From: Ancylonema sp.
Lineage: Eukaryota
Assembly: GCA_050230475.1 (NCBI GenBank)
Contig: JBFLGF010000046.1
Location: 1-64,000, forward strand
Reading direction: 5' to 3'
Length of the DNA stretch: 64,000 nucleotides
In this document: one piece after another, positions 1 to 15,681 of the stretch
How positions within the stretch are numbered: the stretch's first letter is position 1
How the letters are laid out: each line of letters opens with the position of its first letter
Notes under the pieces: generated by a model
The model's database searches: none
Seen by the model: only the letters and a program-made list of their open reading frames with translations
What the model was told of the DNA's origin: nothing
Translations under genes and position numbers: made by a program

Positions 1-58
<58 letters not shown>
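1..58. repeat. (CT)n microsatellite, probably intronic in the golgin gene
   Basis: Pure CT dinucleotide run at the window start. Confidence 0.95.
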
Positions 59-60
<2 letters not shown>

Positions 61-254
61 GCACCACTTTTCCGATATGATACAAATATGGAACGTGAAA
101 AGAAAGAATGCAAGTGAGGTGGACGGCACTATCGTCCACCTCACTACGACACTTTCCTCTGGCACTTGCTCAGCTGTAGTTGTACCCATTTGGGAAAAAG
201 ACGGGTATGATTTCAAATGAATGGTTAGGATGTTTTGGTGGGGTGTATTTTCAG

Positions 255-4042
<3,788 letters not shown>

Positions 4043-4424
4043 GAGTGAATTTTTTGAAGGCTTTGATTAGTTTTTTGGGGGAGGGAGGGGGTTGTTGGCC
4101 GGGATGTATATAGGACGAGCAAAAGGGAATGTTTTTAGTGTTGCAGAGTTGGTTGTAAAAAGTAGCGTGAGGGTGCGATACCATGTGTACATAAATCCCC
4201 CATGGGACATCGGATACAGTTGGATGGGACCAAAGCCTTAGCAAGTATAGCTTGTCTATGTTGTTGTAAATTGAATGAGTAGTACTTCTGGCATTACAGC
4301 GTGGTTGCAAATTATCATCACGCAAATGTTGTGTTTTGGAATGACGGGTGTCCTTCGATGTTTGTCTTTCTCCTTCATGGGTGTGTGACACAACTTGTGT
4401 CACGCACATAGAAGAGCATGCGTA

Positions 4425-5253
4425 TAGTGCTCCCTCGATGTGACTAACCTCTTTACAAGGACAACCTCGATATAAGGACGGTTTGTTTGAACTTTTGTCA
4501 AACCAATACAAGATCGCCCTCAATATAAGCATAACGACTCATTATTTGAAGCAAAAGTAATTTGGAAATTTGTTATCGAACGCCCTTTACTGTGAATAGA
4601 ACGCTATTTCTCGCAGATTACGATGTATCGAAATCTATGAAAATCTAGATTACTCATGACAACACTTCAAACTCTCTTGATCGTTTTCCAGTCCGTTTGT
4701 TATGCCACATTAAAGTTGTTGGTGACAATCTTGTAATCTATTTCCAATCGCGAAATTTTACAAAAAAAAATGGATTATATTGTATGTTGGAATGTATAAA
4801 CTTTGTGTATTTCATTTCTGATTTACAATTCGGAAATAGTGAAGTTCTCTTTTTAACAAAAACTTGTGTGTCTTGCCTACCCAAAAACGGGTACATGTTG
4901 TTCATTGGTCCCGCTGCCCATTTGTTTACTCCATGTTCAAACAAGTATGCGAGTATTTTGTTGGTTAAAAAAATTGAATACAATTTGCTAGTCGCCATGT
5001 ATTGGTCTCATTACGCACTTGTATAACTTGCATCACAATACACTCGCTGAATATATCATATTCAGTAGGATGATGATCTTAAGGCAACTTACTCGAGGCA
5101 ACATGTAAACAACAAATCTGCTTATTCACTTACGAGGACACACATTCCAAATTCTATCAGTAAGTGTCTTCATACAGTGTATGAGAACACCTCGATGTAA
5201 TGATAACGACAATTTATTTTTATTTTTTCATGTCCTTGTATTGAGGAGCATTG
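4425..5253. mobile_element. Tc1/mariner (pogo-like) non-autonomous element, family A, degenerate
   Basis: Ends TA|TAGTGCTCCCTCGAT and ATTGAGGAGCATTG|TA. The interior (catgtattggtctcat...gcacttgtata...cgctgaat...aaggcaacttact) is shared with 14230-14930, 41312-41927 and 47174-47683. Confidence 0.75.
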
Positions 5254-5292
5254 TACGTAGTTTGGCTGCACAAAAAATGTACGTATTGAGTA

Positions 5293-7368
5293 CATAGTTG
5301 CACGGACCGGGGTCCCGAGGTCCCGACTCCGGACTGGAGTCCGTCCTTTTGGGTCCAAAATCCGGACCGGCTGTTCAGGGTAATATCGGTTTTTGCCGGT
5401 TTTAAGGTGTCTTCCGTGGAGAAAAAATCCGGAAGTATATTTTGCGCGAATAAAATTACATGGCACATCTTATAATTTTTTCAAAAAAAATATTAGACCT
5501 ATAATATATGTAATTAAATCCTGCGATGCATCATCGTATATTGCGTGATTCACCACTTTCGAAGAATATCACTTGGGAAAATGCTCTAGGTCATTTGAAA
5601 TGGTTATAAGTACTCCATATTTTAGATGTTCCATAGGTTACAATGTAATGGTGAAATAACACTCATATGAGGCTCAAAAAAATGTGAGGAAGGGGCACCG
5701 TATCATGAAATTAAATAAAATTAGAAACACCTATAGCAAACATCATCTTTCATCGTGGAAATTCAGTCCACGCTCACAACCTTGTATTCAAACTTCTTTC
5801 CACCGTACAAATACATTTCTCACTTCTCACTTTCCTATTCTACATGAATTAATGGGTACCTTCCCTATCTATAACTTACTTACTTCATCAAAATCTATCC
5901 TTGCCTACAACTCCATACTTCTATGAAACGATATAAAAAAAACATTACGATTTTTTTCCTATTTTTAATCCCACAACACTCTTCACTAAATGGTCATAGG
6001 TAGTTGACCGGGCTTATGTCATGTGCATCATGTAGTAGGGGTAGCCATGTGCGTGTCATTGACCCCGTAGAGGTGGCACTAGGGTGCATTCGGTAGTCAG
6101 ATGTACGGTTGCACATGACTAGTATGTTACGTACGCAAAGCGGTCGAAACCGTCAAACCGCGCTTGAGTGCATTGTTGTAGTCACTATATAAAACGACGC
6201 ATTTGGTCGTCCACATTATTGAAAATATTCAGAACCCTTGTCGTTGTCTCCGTGTGTTTCGCAATCCCCCAGTTTATTCGTGCACGTCATGATGGTCTGT
6301 GAGTAGGCAATTTTCTATAAGTTTGATTTGCCCCCGAGTGAGGGTACGGTCGGCTAGGATGGCCTCGGTACAACAACGGCCGAGGGCGACCGTTGCAACA
6401 TTTCATGTGTTTTCCGTGGAGAAAAAAATCGGGGAGTATTTTTTTCGCGAATAAAAATATAATTCACATCTTATAAAATTGTCAAAAAAAAAGTTAGACC
6501 TATCAAATAAGTCATCAAAACCTGCAATGCATAAGTGTAAATAGCGTTTCTCACCACTTTCGAAAGATATCACTTGGGAAAATGCTTTAGGTCATTTGGA
6601 ATGGTTATAAGTACTCCACATTTTTCATTTTCCATAGGTTACAGTGTCATGCAGAAATGATGCTCATGTGAGGCTCAAAAAAATGTGATGAATGGGCACC
6701 GTCTCATGAAATTAAATAAATTCAGAATCACCTATATCAAACATCATCCTGGATTATATTCCACGCTCACAACCTTGTATTCAAACTCATCTCCGCCTTA
6801 CAAATACGTTTCTCACTTCTCACTTTCCTATTCCTATATACTTCTATGAAACGAAAAAAAAAGCATTACGGCTTTAAACCCACAATTTTTATTATATTTT
6901 TACACCCATAACACTCATCACTGTCTACACCACCTTTATTAACTCCCTCTCCTCACTTCCCACCCCTCACTTGTCACTCCTCAATGATCTTTCCTCATTC
7001 GAATAACACACATATATCGTCATCCCCTATGATTGTATGCTATCTCAGATGGTGAGTTTTGTTGCCAAAATTTCAGCCATTTTGTCAATTTTGAATTTCA
7101 CCATCTCATCAATGGACGGTTGGATATGAAGATGCTATTTTATTTTATTTCTTTTTTTAATTTTGCTACAACTTTGCAAGCCACAAATGACACATGCATA
7201 TCACACGTGTGAGTTACAAAAAAAAAATGAAGCCCCATGACCTTTTTTCCCACGGAAAATTTGCCTCGCAAAAAAACCCTAAAAGTTCCCCGGTCCGACC
7301 ATGTCCCGACTCGGGATCCGGTCCGACCGCGGTCCCAAAAATCAATGTCGCCGGTCCGTGCAAATATG
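5293..7368. mobile_element. hAT-like non-autonomous element with an internal ~0.55-kb duplication
   Basis: Inverted termini CATAGTTGCACGGACCGG and CCGGTCCGTGCAAATATG, with GGTCC/CGGAC subterminal repeats. 5411-5985 is repeated at about 6411-6920. The terminus matches the TSD-bearing element at 44576, but no TSD is visible here. Confidence 0.6.
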
Positions 7369-7844
7369 CCGGAGATTCCCAGACCGTCAGGGACCCAACA
7401 AAAACTGGAAAAAAAAAAAAAAGTCTTGGACTCACACAATTTTGGAGGTCCCCATGACATGGTCTAAACTAAAAATAAACAGTCCATGATGTTTCAACAT
7501 GATATGAACTCATGAGGAAAGTAAGTGTCGTTTTACTTCGTATTCGGAGCTTAATTTTAGGTTGTGGCGTGCGGGTCCGGGACGCATCCTGGACGCGTCT
7601 CAAGATCCCTAGACCGTCCGGGAACCATCTGGGGTTGGATGGGTTGGGAAGCTCGACATTGGTGATCATGAAAGAGTTGTTGGTTAGTTGTTGGGTGGCA
7701 GTTGGACGGCGGCCCCACATGTTAGTCGGGGTAGTGGCCCCGAACGTCAAGGTTCCTACCCGGATATTCGGGTTAACAAGATGGCAACCCTTTGGTTCCG
7801 GGCATTCCGACTTTCCGACATTCCGACATTCCGACAGTCCACAC

Positions 7845-9873
7845 CATAGATGTACACGCCCGTCCAAATCTCCGCCGGGCGGCGCCCGCGGGCGGAACCG
7901 CTCCCGCGGGCGGAACCGCCCCCGCACGGAACGAGGGCGGGAATGTCCACGTGGCGTGCGGGTATATTGATATTTTTTTCGGGAGAGACTGCGGGCACCC
8001 TCCAAAGCGACTGCGGACAGCCCCCTCCGACAGCCCTGACGTGCCAGATGGAGTCGGCAGACAGCATGTCGACGAAATCTCTCAAAAACAAAGAAATCGA
8101 CAGATTTTGGTAAAAACTGCAAAACTTGACTTTTTATAATTTTCTTCGTCGATGAAAATGACGGATGTCGGTTGTTGACTTGGCTGCTTGTCCGGATGAG
8201 CAGCATCAGGATTGGGCCTTTGGTCATCATCTGGATCTCACTAGAGTAGATTGGTGTAGGTTGAATCCCTACTGACCACACAAGAATGTAATTCAAGCAC
8301 GGTATGTGACTTATCAACGAAGTTTGCCGTAGCTACTACTCGCCGAAAGCTGAGATGCACTCAACGCTTAGTGTGGGAGGTCTAGAAACAACACTAAGGT
8401 CAATCAGACGTTGCAGGTTATCGTACTTCACAACATGTGACAGCTACGAATAAAGAGAACGCAAGGCAAATAGTTATAGAATTTCTACAAGGGTGCAGAA
8501 TGGATGATAGTTGGTTGCGTCGGGATGCACACTCACTATTGGTTTCGAGAATCAAACGTTGTCGTGAATAAAACGATTCACTGAAAGACAGGACCGGGTG
8601 CAGGCAATTCAAAGGGTGAATTGTCTGACTGAGCTCGCACGAAACGGTGCAGCTAATTGTAACGATTTATGACGTCAACAAAACGGTTGACGATCAACGA
8701 CTTGCAAGGGTCACGATTTTGCAAGGGTGACGATAATTCTGACTACAACAGAATTTCACACGATGCGTATGCAAAACGGCACACGGCTTTTTGTACTACT
8801 TGAGATGCGACAGCACGGACAAGCAAACAGGCAATTTCGCAGAACTTACGGCTGGATGGAGCGACGCGAAGTTTGCAGAAATTCACAGAGAATATCAAAG
8901 GCGAAACGGCACACTTGATAACGATTGTTGACGATTTCAGAATACACGAATTCACAGAGATTAAGATGGCGATTGCAAAGAGTTGTTGAAATTCAGGTAA
9001 CGGAGTAAACTGACAGCGGAAGCTAGCAGTTCAGAAAGCGACTTAGGCTTTAGTACTACAATCGACGCGCCGTTTCACACGCGCGGTAATCTATTATCTT
9101 GATCTATGGTAGAAAACAAATATCGACTAGACAACTAATCGTGACTGTCTATTCCAGAGTTCTAGATTTAACACGTGCGGCGGTTCAAACGCCAGGCTGG
9201 CTGACTGAGATAAAGCTCGGCGCGCATTGGGAATCTTCTAACTCGTCGATACGACAAAATACTCCGAATTAAAATCTAAAAAGTGGTACACCGACTTTTA
9301 TAGATTGACTGAGTATAAAATTTTATCAAATCAAACGTTTGACTGATTGAAACTCATATAACGACAGAGTTCAATATAACGACTAAAAATCGACAATTAC
9401 CAAAATTGCTATTTTTCAAAGCGGATCGACAATTAAAAAGACTTTACTTTCTAACGATCTCTAGCGGCCGAAGTCTCTCCATTCTTTTGACTCCACAATG
9501 ATTGAAAGACAAATAATAAAAAAATGCTATTATGTACTTCGTAGTTTACTCCACAGTACACATAATAAATATTTGGAATGTCGCAAAACTCTTGGAAGCT
9601 ACGATTTTTTGAACTTACCTACTTTAAGGGAAAGATTGCGGGCCAGCCTTAAAAAAAAAAAAAAAAAAAAAAGTGTTTATATCAACTACGTTGTCCCATC
9701 CACGTGTTTTTTTTTTTTGGTTTTTTTTTATTACCATAAAACGTGTAGGAGCTATGACTTTAAATCCCGAAATTTAGCGCGCCCGGTAAGGGGCGGTCGG
9801 TCGCGCCTGCGGGCGTAAACGCCCGCGAGCGAAGACGGGCGATCTATTCTCGCCGGCGGGCGGTATATCTATG
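7845..9873. mobile_element. hAT-type non-autonomous DNA transposon
   Basis: Inverted termini CATAGATGTACACGCCCG and CGGGCGGTATATCTATG, GC-rich CGCCCG subterminal repeats, 8-bp TSD GTCCACAC (7837-7844) / GTCCACAA (9874-9881). Confidence 0.75.
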
Positions 9874-10541
9874 GTCCACAAGTCCTTAGTCGAATGGGCT
9901 GACTTGAAGTTTCGATTAAAACCGAGGGCTCAGATTGCCTGGCGGGCATGTCCTTTCGGCGACTCCCACGGTGCGGGCAGCATCGAGCGTGTGCGATGAA
10001 TTTGTGCCTGACTCCCCTGCTTTGCGCGAGTGAATCCATACGCATATGATCCACGCATCCTGCATAATGTAATGAATGTCATCTCAGAAGACGGCTGCCA
10101 ACCATAGCAGACTACGACGCTGGATTACGATATTGACTGATCTTTGATTTTTTAAGTATTTGTAGGGAGTCATTTCCGACCCTGCCGCCCGTAATCCTAT
10201 ATGTGTTTGGCCTGAAGGTGAGCCCTTCTCCGAGTTCCATCTCTCGTTATTTAGAAGCGGTCAGTTTTGCGAAATACCCTTACAGGAGTCCTCTTCGGCT
10301 TTATCGAATTCTGAGAACGAATTTTCTGTTGGAGAAGAACACCTTTGGCGAAGTTTTTTTCAAATCGCATTCTGTGTGATTGCGAATTTTTGCCGAAATC
10401 ATATTTGGCACTTATTGAGCGCGGGGCACAATACAGTTGACTATCAATATAGTAACAATTTGAGTCATTCCGGAAGTCCACTGAATGCTCAATACACATG
10501 CATGCTCAATATTGCAGGGCGTCTCTACATCATTTTCAACC

Positions 10542-12966
10542 ATGCTTCTCGCGTCCATACTTCGACTGCTTTTGTAAGTCTATATTCCCGGTCAGTGCAT
10601 ACTGATTCCGTTTTATTGTAAGTGGTAGAGGTTATTCGACTGTCGCTGGAATCAATTTCATCTGAATTTGTGATGTCTTTATGTAATACATATAAAATTG
10701 CTTAAGCTTTTGCAGCCTTGGTAGCAATCGTATTTATGATTCTGTCGCGATCGTTTGATCACCTTTTGACTCCTATTCCTCGACTGTACTTTCTTCACAG
10801 CGTTTTTTTCGCTTACGTGATTCCTGCTTACAAGTGTTACAAGGCCGTGGAGCGCTCAAAGCTTGACACTGCTGAGTTGCGCAACTGGTGTCAGTACTGG
10901 TGAGTGAAGAAAGCCGTGAAAATGATCGCGATTTCAAAGTAATATTCCTTCGAAGTATTCTGAGCTGTCTGACTCGTTTACTTTACTGTTTTCGGTGTAT
11001 TAATCTGTCGTGTCTTTCAACAGGTTGATCATCGCCATTTTGACAGCAGTGGAGAGGTTTGTGGAGCCGATTCTGTGTTGGTAAGCTGCTTCCATCTTTA
11101 AAGCTATTCCCTGCTCTGGTTGTGCCAGATGCAGCCATCTTCTCAAAGGACTGGCGGCTGACACATATCATGGTCACATCATATCATATTCTGGTGTAGT
11201 CACCGAACAAATTCGAGAATTTCAACAGATATTTCAAGCGAAGTCAGCAAAATGCTTGTGTTTCCTATGAATTGTCATGCTTTACTGGAATGATGCATTG
11301 GCTCGTACTTTCCATCCTCCATCCTCCTCCGCCTACACATCATACGCCATCATGATGTGTAGGCGTATTTGTTTTGATGAGATAAATATATGATGTGATA
11401 AATATTGCGGAGGGCTTACGGGCGGACGGCCGGGAGATGTTCTCTGGCTTGGTATATGCTTCATGAACTTCCCACCAAGGGCTTCAACCATATATGCATG
11501 TCATGTATTTGTCAGTCTAGAAGTTCGTTTCTTTGTGGCTTGATGCGGAATAATGTCGCCAATGCAGAGTACCTCCATTGAGGATTTATTGAGTGACCTG
11601 GAATGTCAATTTCTCACGTGAGGGACAGGTATAAGGACACGGAAGATGAACAACCTTGAACTAATTCCATCTAGGTCAGGATTCGGGTAGGATCAGGTGG
11701 ATTGGGTGGTGTATTGAGGGTAGTCTTATTGTTGTGTATTTATTTTCTTGAACCTACAGGGTCCCTCTGTACTATGAAGCGAAGTTGGCATTTGTCATCT
11801 ACCTTTGGTGTCCCAAGACCGAGGTAAGCTACTATCCACCGTAGTTCCAGTGTAGTCCTAATAGTTTCATTCATGTAGTAATACTACACTTCTGTCTAAA
11901 TTCTGGCTCACCCAGTAGTTACCACATAGCATGACGGTGGTATCAAGTCCATCTTCTTGCAAATTATCATAGTCTTTGTTTTATAATCGGAGTTGGTAAT
12001 GTGATTCTCAGACCAACTGACGTCTATGTATGACAACGAGCCTAGGGGCGAAGCTAGGGCAACAAAATTATTCTGCAGGTTGTGTGTTGGTTGTTGGCTG
12101 CCATTATTTGATGCCTTCCATGCTCACATGTTGCTTCACGGTCCCGTACTCTTCTCATAGCCCTCGCGATCTCCTAGGTAGAGCCTTCCGGAAGTCCACT
12201 GATTTGTCTATGAGATTAATTTGTTTGTTTGCAGGGCACTGCATATGTGTATGAAACGTTTGTGAATCCCGTAGTGGCCCAGCAGGAGCCTGAAGTCGAT
12301 CGCTGGGTTGTGAAGCTGTCTGGTGAAGTCAAGGCAAAGGCTAAGCAGTACTGGAACCATGCGCGGGCCTTTGGAGAGGAGAGTATCACAAGAATGCTTC
12401 GCTACGCCAACATGGAGAGCCAGGGTAGACAAAATGTAAGTTGGACTTCTGTAGAACATATGTTTGTAGAGCGTTTTTGTTGGATCACCAAAACCTGTTC
12501 GCTCAGCTTTAAAAAAAAAAAAAAAACCAATTACTATGTTCTAGTAACTGTGCATGTAAAAGTAGTACCACTACTGCTGCTGGTACTTCAGTTCCACAGA
12601 AGCATCTGCATCATCAGCTAGAATTCGACCAGCAGCAGGTTGTGTGGTTGTTTTGCGACATAAAACACTTTGCAATTCTGTGTCGGGACCTTAGTAAGAC
12701 ATAATGATCATACACGTTGTTTGCTAGCGCACATGGCGATTTGTTCTGCTGTTCAAGTAACTTGTCTCAATGATCCCGACGATATGCATATGTCGCGTCT
12801 GGATCTGCAGGTGGTGCAGGAACCCATGCCTATGGTTGAGGAGCCAGCAGAAGAGACTGAGAGCGAAGCGGAATACCACGTGGTGGAGCAGCCGGATGTC
12901 ATTCCGCATTCTTCGCCTCGAAGTTGGTCTGTTGGTCCTTCTTTTCTGCGGTTCCGAGGAAGATGA
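10542..12966 (+). CDS. HVA22/REEP (TB2/DP1) family protein, HVA22g/h/i-like
   Basis: Exons 10542-10573, 10801-10899, 11024-11080, 11760-11823, 12235-12435 and 12811-12966. Motifs PAYKCYKAVE...LRNWCQYWLIIAILTAVERF...WVPLYYEAKLAFVIYLWCPKTEGTAYVYETF. The 3' exon structure is less certain. Confidence 0.9.
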
Positions 12967-14229
12967 AAGGCTCCCATGTTACCGTCTGATTTTCGTACAG
13001 TGTATACAATTCAACTTTCTTGAGCGTAAGTTCTTATACATACTTTGACTGGTGCAGTTGAACCGTATTTCATCCACCTACATATGCCTGTCCATAGATT
13101 GTTAAGGAGGGCAGAATAGCTTGGGCCTACTAATAATGTTGGAAGTTGTAAAAGTTCTTGTACATATATCAGAATGTAGTAAGACAAATGTTGCTCAGGA
13201 GTGTGTATACATGTAGGAGAGACGAGAGACCTCCACAGATGTCTATACCCAAGGCATTGCTTCCTTGGCGTTGCTGACACCTTCTCGTAGCAACTGACCT
13301 AGTGATTTGGTTAAGTTGGAGTTTTCGCACCACGTGATGGAGAGGCCAGATTCTATGAAGCTTGCTTCGAAGTCAGGAGATGGAGTTGGGAGGTTGTTAC
13401 AATTAAGCTAACACACGGACCGCCTAAGATGAGGTGTCCGATAAATAATTGTGTGGAATGATCAAAGAAAAGTAGAGACATGATAAAAATAAATATTCAT
13501 ACGTGTGATTCATCTCGTGTTATCTGCTTACTCGGGAGACATCTCAAACAGTAGACTAAATGTACATAGTAAACAAAATATACAAATACATCTGGAGTAA
13601 AGTACAATTGTGCCTCCCAAAACAAATAATTATGCCATTATCATAAGTGTAAGAATAGTAATTTGTGGTTTAATTTGGGTGGACACGTGCCACATAGAAC
13701 TCTCACTTGTGTGGACCACCTTGCACATGTTTTTCTTTCAAAAAGGTATACATTACACTAATGACAATTGACGAAAAACTGATAATTATATTCATTACAG
13801 GGGTAAATATTAGATTTAGTGATCTAGAGAGATTCGATGATCTTTGCAATCCTAGGAGTGTGTTTTTTTGCAAGATGGAAGTATGTGGAGAGAGATGTTG
13901 ATGATGATGTGGGTGCTGTGGTGATTTATGATACCAACTAAGGTTGTTGGTAATGGGTAAAACCGGGGTAGACCTCTATCCAACATTTCACAACATGAAG
14001 CTGAGATGAGATGAAGAAGGGATGCCTACTGAGGAATATCGAAAGGTGCAAAAACGAAAACAATTCAACGGGGGTAATAAAACAAAACAAAAAACTTGTG
14101 GGGGGGAGAAATGAACTAAAAATCAAGATAAAACGGCACTCTGAATAAATACGAATTCTTTCAGTAAAACGGATTCGTTTCCGAATGTCTTTACGATATA
14201 TGGAAATCGAGATAAATATATAGCCCAAA

Positions 14230-14930
14230 CATCGCAAAATAACGTCGATGCAAGTGATAAAACTTATGGGTGCAAAATAACATTAACATTTGTGTCATGC
14301 AACTTAGGATCAAATCATGTCGATATTAGGTTGTGTTTATACCGTATTGAAAGTTGTTGGTGACAATGTTGTAACTTATTTCCAATCACGAGAATGTACA
14401 CAAAGGATTCATATCAAATATTATATTTATAGGAAAAAAATTTTTATTTTGGTTTGTTGAAATGTATACTAATTTGTGTACTTTGATTGCGGTTCACAAT
14501 TCGGAACTAATGTAGTTCTCTTCATGCCAACTGTTGGTTTGTCTTGCCTACCAAAAAATATTCATGTTGTACATGACCATTCTCTTGACTCCATGCCCAA
14601 CAAAATATGTGAGTACTTTATTGCTTCGTACGACCTTTAATACTTCCCCAAAATCTCCTCGTAAATTTGTTCGAATAAATTTTACTCATCACCATGTATT
14701 ATTGGTCTCATTGGGCACTTGTACAACTTGTATCATAACACACACGCTGAATTGGATGATGATACCAAGGCTACTTACTATAGGCAACATATAACAAATA
14801 TTTTCACTTTGCTTTGTTCACAATTTTTTTACTCCAGTAATAAATATCCTTATAGAATGTATAAGAACACCTCAGTATGAGGATTTTTTGTTTTTGTTTT
14901 TCTTTGGGTCCTCATATCGAGGGAGCATAG
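14230..14930. mobile_element. Family A Tc1/mariner-like element, left end not located
   Basis: Right terminus ATATCGAGGGAGCATAG|TA. The interior is homologous to about 4600-5253. Confidence 0.6.
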
Positions 14931-15681
14931 TAGAAGGTTTGGAAAATTAAGCGTTATTCTAGTATAAGTTGTCTAAAGGAATGCTCTTGGGGGGGAGAAA
15001 GTGTGTTCCTTTAGAGAGGTTATTTACTTATGCAGGTATGGTTCCTAGCGATTTTGGTATCGGGACCGGAATTTGGTATTCCTTTAGAGAGTATTCTTTT
15101 AAAAATAATATTGTATATGGAGCATGACAATAGTTAATTCGAGAATGGTTCTTTATCATACAAAACGATTGGTTTTGTATGATTCTCTCCCACACCTCCG
15201 CGAGGGTCAATAACATCGGCGGAGTTGTAGCTCTCGGCCCTGCTAGAGTTTGCACAACCTTGGTGTTTCATTACTAGCCCTTACTTTAAGGGAGATTGAA
15301 AGATTGATTAATCATCGTGCGTTGAGATAGGGTTCCGTGCTTCATTTATGGTCTTCTCTTCTCTCTTCCCTCTTTCGTGTAGGGGAAAATGGAAGGTTGT
15401 GAAAAAAAAGAAGGGGGGAACATAACCAGGCTGTCGTTATACTGAGGGTCGATATGTCGAAGGTTACTGTAACAAAGTAACCAACCAATGTCTGACAAGT
15501 TTGGTACACTGCACCTGACTGAATATCTGTGACGTAGAACTCAGTGCAACCAAAGCGCTGCTAGGACTTCTGATCTGTTGAGCTCCACAACGAAAGTCCT
15601 TGCTGTACGCCCAAAGTTTGCGCGAACAGCGCAATTTTTCAGACACCGTGTGACAGTTTCAGAGTGTTGGAAGGGTGAACG

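Noticed and set aside
7469..8317. 282-aa minus-strand ORF
   Set aside because: It crosses a transposon junction and GC-rich subterminal repeats, with no protein motif.
8130..9497. LTR-like sequence nested inside the hAT element
   Set aside because: The composition is suggestive, but I could not find matching TG...CA ends with a TSD.
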